Shown piece by piece: positions 58,421-64,000 of a stretch of DNA of 64,000 nt. The DNA is from Macrostomum lignano (Eukaryota): NCBI GenBank assembly GCA_002269645.1, contig NIVC01000094.1, forward strand, positions 682,001-746,000, read 5' to 3'. The notes under the pieces were generated by a model, which made no database searches, was not told the origin of the DNA, and worked only from the letters and a program-made list of their open reading frames with translations. Within the stretch, counting starts at the first letter, position 1. Every line of letters begins with the position of its first letter. A program made the translations under genes and the position numbers.

Positions 58421-60953
58421 GGGAATGCCACAAGCACTGCTGGATGAACTATGCAATCCCACTGATGCAGAGGCCACTTGTACGGGTAGGCATTCAGAAT
58501 TTTTTCACAAAACTGATTGACAGGTGGCTGAGCCGCATCCAGATTGCTAGCAGAGAGAAAGGGCAAAACAGCCACCAGAGCGCTGCCAAAAAGGAGCAGC
58601 AGAAGCCCCACCCCGCTTAAAAACCGACATTGAGCAGCAGATAAAAAAGCCAGACGAGATCCTGAAAGTCTGGCCGCACAATCCCACCAGTTCTACCAGT
58701 TAGAACAATGACCCCCGCTGTGCTGCTGTAGCCAGGTCGACTGTTCACTCCCCACAGCAGCCGGCCTTCGCTGCCACCAGTGCGCACCGGCAAATTTTGC
58801 TACAAAATCCGGTCTGCAATTCAACTCTCTCTCTCTCTTTCTCTCTTTCTCCTTTAGTAGCAGCAAAAAAGCCAAAGCAAGAGTCGGAGACTTCCGCCCG
58901 TTACTTTTGGAATTAGTGGAGCCCCAAGCCGCAGCCCTCTCCCGCATTTTCAGACCTGGCTATCAGGTGGAGCATGAAGGGTAGAAACATTATATGCTAA
59001 TATTTTGCGGCTGTTTATTATAGGTATTCCATCATCAGTGTTATTAGCTGCGGAATAGCGGGCGCACTCGCGGTTCAAAGACGCCCTCCCCGGCCCCGTC
59101 TTTGTTGTTGATGACGCTGACAGACCCCATTCCGCATCTCCTCCCCCCAGCACTCGTCATGTGTTTGAGGCTGGAACCTCCAGGATGGCTGTTGTGCATT
59201 GCGCAATCCTGCTGCCTTGCACACACGCACACACACAAGCATGTCACCTTCGCATCCAAAACATGTCAAAACAGTCCTGTAAGGTTCTCTTATCACCAGG
59301 CAAGCTGGCATTTTACCTGTCTATCAATTTTTGCTTTCAGAAGAAAATTCTTCTTCGGCCAATAGAATGCAACTCTGTCGCCGCAGCCGCTGTCTTGAAC
59401 GAAGTGGGGGCCACAAAAGCATCTTAATAATCTTTCACTGGAGCCCAAGCATTCCCAGAGTGCCGGATTTTCCACACATTGGCGACTTTTTAACAAGGTG
59501 GATGGGGGAGGTTGTCGCAGATGTTGCGCAATTCACTCCCTAAGCCCCATTTAGTTGGATTATCACAGTTTTAAGCGGCTTGGACAGACCGGGTTATTGG
59601 ATACGCGTCTGCAGGCTGGCTGACAGAAGTAGAATCCGATGTAGGGATTAATTCTCCGTCTGGGACTGGGGGGGATACTGGCCGGCAGGGAAGTTTCCCA
59701 GAATTTTCCTCATTCCAAGCCGGCCAGAAGGCTCCGCAGGGCAGTCCCGAACTCGCGCTCTCCCCGGGATTAAACAGAAATATGAGAAATTGGCTGGCGG
59801 CTCAAATTTTTCTACTTTTTTCCACCAGCGCCGCCGCCACCAGCAGCGCGCGACCCCCCCCCCCAAGCTGCCCGGCAATATTCACTTTCCACATTCCTCC
59901 GGCGCCACCGCTGCTTCCGCAGATGAGAAGAAAGCGAGAGAAAAAAACACAATTTTCAAAAGAGTTTTCGACGGAGACCCGGGGGCGACTCTGGGCCTGG
60001 CTGATCGATCAAGATGGGGAGTTCCTCTGCCGTCTCAGTTTTGCACTGTACAGCCGCTTGCCTTTGATCATGTTTAAGAGAGGAGATGAGAGAGAAACAA
60101 CCAGTGAAAACGATTTGTTGAGTAGGTTGAGTAGAGGAGACGATAGAGTCAGGCCCGCTGTGCACCTTGTGTGAGCGTGTGCTTACCTACGGATGTGTGT
60201 GTGCTCAGGATGTGACGTCATCCCCATTGCAACCAACTGGCTAACTAATATTCCCGATATGTAGCGAAAATAACTTTGTTTTCACGCTCACTCGCTCACT
60301 GAGTCCGCGCAGAGAGATACCAGGGGCAGGAGAGAAACAGGAAACTGCGCCGGAAATGCGGGCCGAACGGCTGGCCTGAGGCTGTGTCCGCATCGCCCCT
60401 CCGCACTCTCAAGCCGGTCGCAGTCGAGCTCGAATTGATACAACCGCCAGCGCTCTTTCCTCCTCGCTTTCGGGTGGGGTTGGGGGGCGGGGACTGCCCT
60501 CCAGAATCTGGAGCAGCCAGCAATTTCTTTGCTTTGCACTACTTTCTTGTCCGCTGGATGCAGCGGCATCTCTGTTGAAAGCCAGCTAGTCGTCAGCTCA
60601 CTCTGCCACACTTTTGCCGCTCGCTTTCGCTCCCGCCTTCCGGTGGGCGCCACCAGCTTCCCCATCCGAGGGCTTCCCCTCCTACCCGTGGGGACTACCC
60701 TCGTATTCCAGATCCCATGCCGATTTAGCTTGTCCCATTGTTGGAGCACTGGGGGATTTGAAGGGGGAAGTGTAGCGAGGCTGCCTGACGGGACACGCCA
60801 GAGCCGGCTTTACTCCCGAACCAAATGAGGAAATGAGAAGGCTGTGAAAACGGGATTGGGGATCTGGGGGGACAGGGATTGTTGGGAACGACGGCAAACT
60901 AGCAAGATTCAGAGTCATTGTTTTTTGTAAGCATAGAGAGTGAGCTAACATAT

Positions 60954-61475
<522 letters not shown>

Positions 61476-62224
61476 CAGCAAAAGCTGCCAGTCCATCACG
61501 TACGGCATTCTTTTCCAACTCAATAGTTAACACTAAAACAACATTTTCACCACCTTTATCTCGCATTCCTACACACCACCTGCAAGCTTTAAGCAGAACG
61601 GGCGCCAATCTTTTCGGGAAATCAGCTTTCGGAAGAATAAAAGTACATTTCTTGATGCCGAGGAAAGTAGGCCCACTAGACCGGCAATTGGGCCTGCCTG
61701 GTGGCGGTGGTGGACCACCAGGTTTTTCTTCTATGCGCCCTCTGCGGTTGATTGTTTATAGAAAAAGAACAATACGGTCTCCCTATAGCGGCAGATTTCA
61801 GGAAACCGAACTGGTCATAAAGACCGGCCCAGACACACCGGAATTAAAGCCTGGCACGAACTTTGTCTGAAACTGCGGCTGGATTTGGCTGGCTTCGCCG
61901 ATCCCACGCTGGTTGAGAGATTCTCACGCTGACCTTTTCAAGTTCGCCTATCTGCACTGGGATTCTCGCACGAGTTTGAAAATCCCTTCCTAGGAAATAC
62001 TGTAGCCGGGCCACAAAAAATATAACATGATAGTCCTGGGATTTACGACCTCAATTGCCACCCTCACAGCTTGCTGCTTAAAGGGGATTTACGAGCTGAA
62101 GGAATCTTGATGCTGTCAGCTAGCTAACACCTGGGATTGTTCACCCCTCAGGCACTTTGACTTGATCATCCCAGGGGGTAAAATTCTGCAGTGAAGCCGC
62201 TTCGGCCCGTCACCTTCATCACAC

Positions 62225-63340
62225 ATCTCCCGTCTCTCCTCTCTTCTCTCTCATCTCTCATCTCTCCTCTCTCCTCTCTCCTCTCTCCTCTCTCCTCTCC
62301 CCTCTCCCCTCTCCTCTCTCCTCTTTTCTCTCTTCTCTCCCATCTCTCATCTCTCCTCTCTCTCTCTCATCTCTCCTCTCTCCTCTCTCCTCTCTCCTCT
62401 CTCCTCTCCCCACTCCCCTCTCCTCTCTCCTCTTTTCTCTCTTCTCTCCCATCTCTCATCTCTCCTCTCTCTCTCTCCTCTCTCCTCTCTCCTCCCCTCT
62501 CCTCTCTCCTCTTTTCTCTCTTCTCTCTCATATCTCATCTCTCCTCTCTCCTCTCTCCTCTCTCCTCTCCCCTCTCCCCTCTCCTCTCTCCTCTTTTCTC
62601 TCTTCTCTCCCATCTCTCATCTCTCCTCTCTCCTCTCTCCTCTCTCCTCTATCCTCTTTTCTCTCTCATCTCTCATCTCTCCTCTCTCCTCTCTCCTCTC
62701 TCCTCTCTCTCTCTCCCTCTCCCCTCTCCTCTCTCCTCTTTTCTCTCTTCTCTCCCATCTCTCATCTCTCCTCTCTCCTCTCTCCTCTCTCCTCTCTCCT
62801 CTCTCCTCTCTCCTCTCTCTCTCTCCTCTCTCCTCTCCCCTCTCCCCTCTCCCCTCTCCTCTTTTCTCTCTCCTCTCTCCTCTCTCCTCTCTCCTCTCCC
62901 CTCTCCCCTCTCCCCTCTCCTCTTTTCTCTCTCATCTCTCATCTCTCCTCTCTCCTCTCTCCTCTCTCCTCTCTCCTCTCCCCTCTCCCCTCTCCTCTCT
63001 CCTCTTTTCTCTCTTCTCTCCCATCTCTCATCTCTCCTCTCTCCTCTCTCCTCTCTCCTCTCTCCTCTCTCCTCTCTCCTCTCCCCTCTCCTCTCTCCTC
63101 TCTCCTCTTTTCTCTCTTCTCTCTCATCTCTCATCTCTCCTCTCTTCTCTCTCCTCTCTCCTCTCTCCTCTCTCCTCTCTCCTCTCTCCTCTCCCCTCTC
63201 CCCTCTCCTCTCTCCTCTTTTCTCTCTTCTCTCCCATCTCTCCTCTCTCCTCTCTCCTCTCTCCTCTCTTCTCTCTTCTCTCTCCTCTCTCTCTCTCTCC
63301 TCTCTCCTCTCTCCTCTCTCCTCTCTCCCATCTTTCGTCT
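62225..63340. repeat. CT-rich compound microsatellite, (CTCTC)n-like with longer-period duplication
   Basis: Direct reading. Confidence 0.95.
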
Positions 63341-64000
63341 CTCCTATAGCCAATTCACATTGATTTGAAATATTTGGCACTCTTCATCAACCCATACAGA
63401 CCTCTCTCAGCCATTTTCAACTTCCCTGGAGCTTCTTCAGTACGGATCGAGTCCGAGGGTGCAACTGGGACAGCTGCCCGAAGCGAGAGACACGCAGGCC
63501 GGTCTGTTCCGACATCCCCTCGGCAAAAGAACTGCGACATCAATTTACCCTCAAGGTGGCTCGGAGCTCAGGCTTCCATTAGCCAGCAACAACCCGTTGC
63601 AGCATGTGGCGCAGTCAGGTGGAAGGCAGCTGGGCAAGGTGGTGACGCGACAATTGGGGGGGGGGTTGGTCGGCGAACCGCGGCTGCTGCTTTCAACGCG
63701 TAGAGCTGACGGATTATCCCAATCTGGGAAACAAATTGCTGGGCAAACTCTGTCGTGCCGGGGTTTTTTTCAACCAAAAAAATCTTTGCACCGCAGATGT
63801 TCCACAGAAACATTTCTGCGGGGGGGGAGCATTTTTAGGGATAAATTCCAAATGGGAAACTGGGATAAACAGGGTGCTGTTATGGAAAACTTTCCCGCCT
63901 GTTAGCTTTGGCACAATATGCAGATTAAAAAAAAATTATTGTCAATCTCACTTCATCTCTGAAGCCCCGTTGAATGCGACCAAAACCACTCCACTCCAGC

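Noticed and set aside
62191-63380. Leu/Ser/Pro-rich and Glu/Arg/Gly-rich ORFs
   Set aside because: Translations of a CT microsatellite.

Overview
Eukaryotic (animal) genomic DNA, not prokaryotic. GC-rich exons with canonical GT-AG introns lie among AT-rich spacers and about 30 different micro/minisatellite arrays. The style resembles the flatworm Macrostomum lignano (inference, not verified). Six genes can be reconstructed by hand in the first 31.5 kb: on the + strand, a 5'-partial Lbc-family RhoGEF (DH-PH) and PRADC1; on the - strand, a compact PEHE-domain KANSL1-like gene, a CRACD/KIAA1211-like gene with an apparent -1 frame break, an orphan 169-aa coiled-coil gene and ABHD18. The remaining ~32 kb has no exon I can recognise; it holds tandem arrays, DNA-transposon relics and GC-rich unique blocks. 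Mobile elements with visible TIRs/TSDs include a foldback-type element, three hAT-type non-autonomous elements, a MITE, a mariner transposase stub and tRNA-derived SINE-like heads. Most long ORFs in the supplied track are artefacts of repeats. I found no clear-cut new biological system. The best leads are a 42-nt copy of PRADC1's last exon inserted next to an inverted repeat in its own first intron, two oppositely oriented 42-bp arrays that both read as uninterrupted ATG-started 14-aa-repeat ORFs, the foldback element, a stop-free in-frame minisatellite intron and the frame break in the CRACD-like gene.
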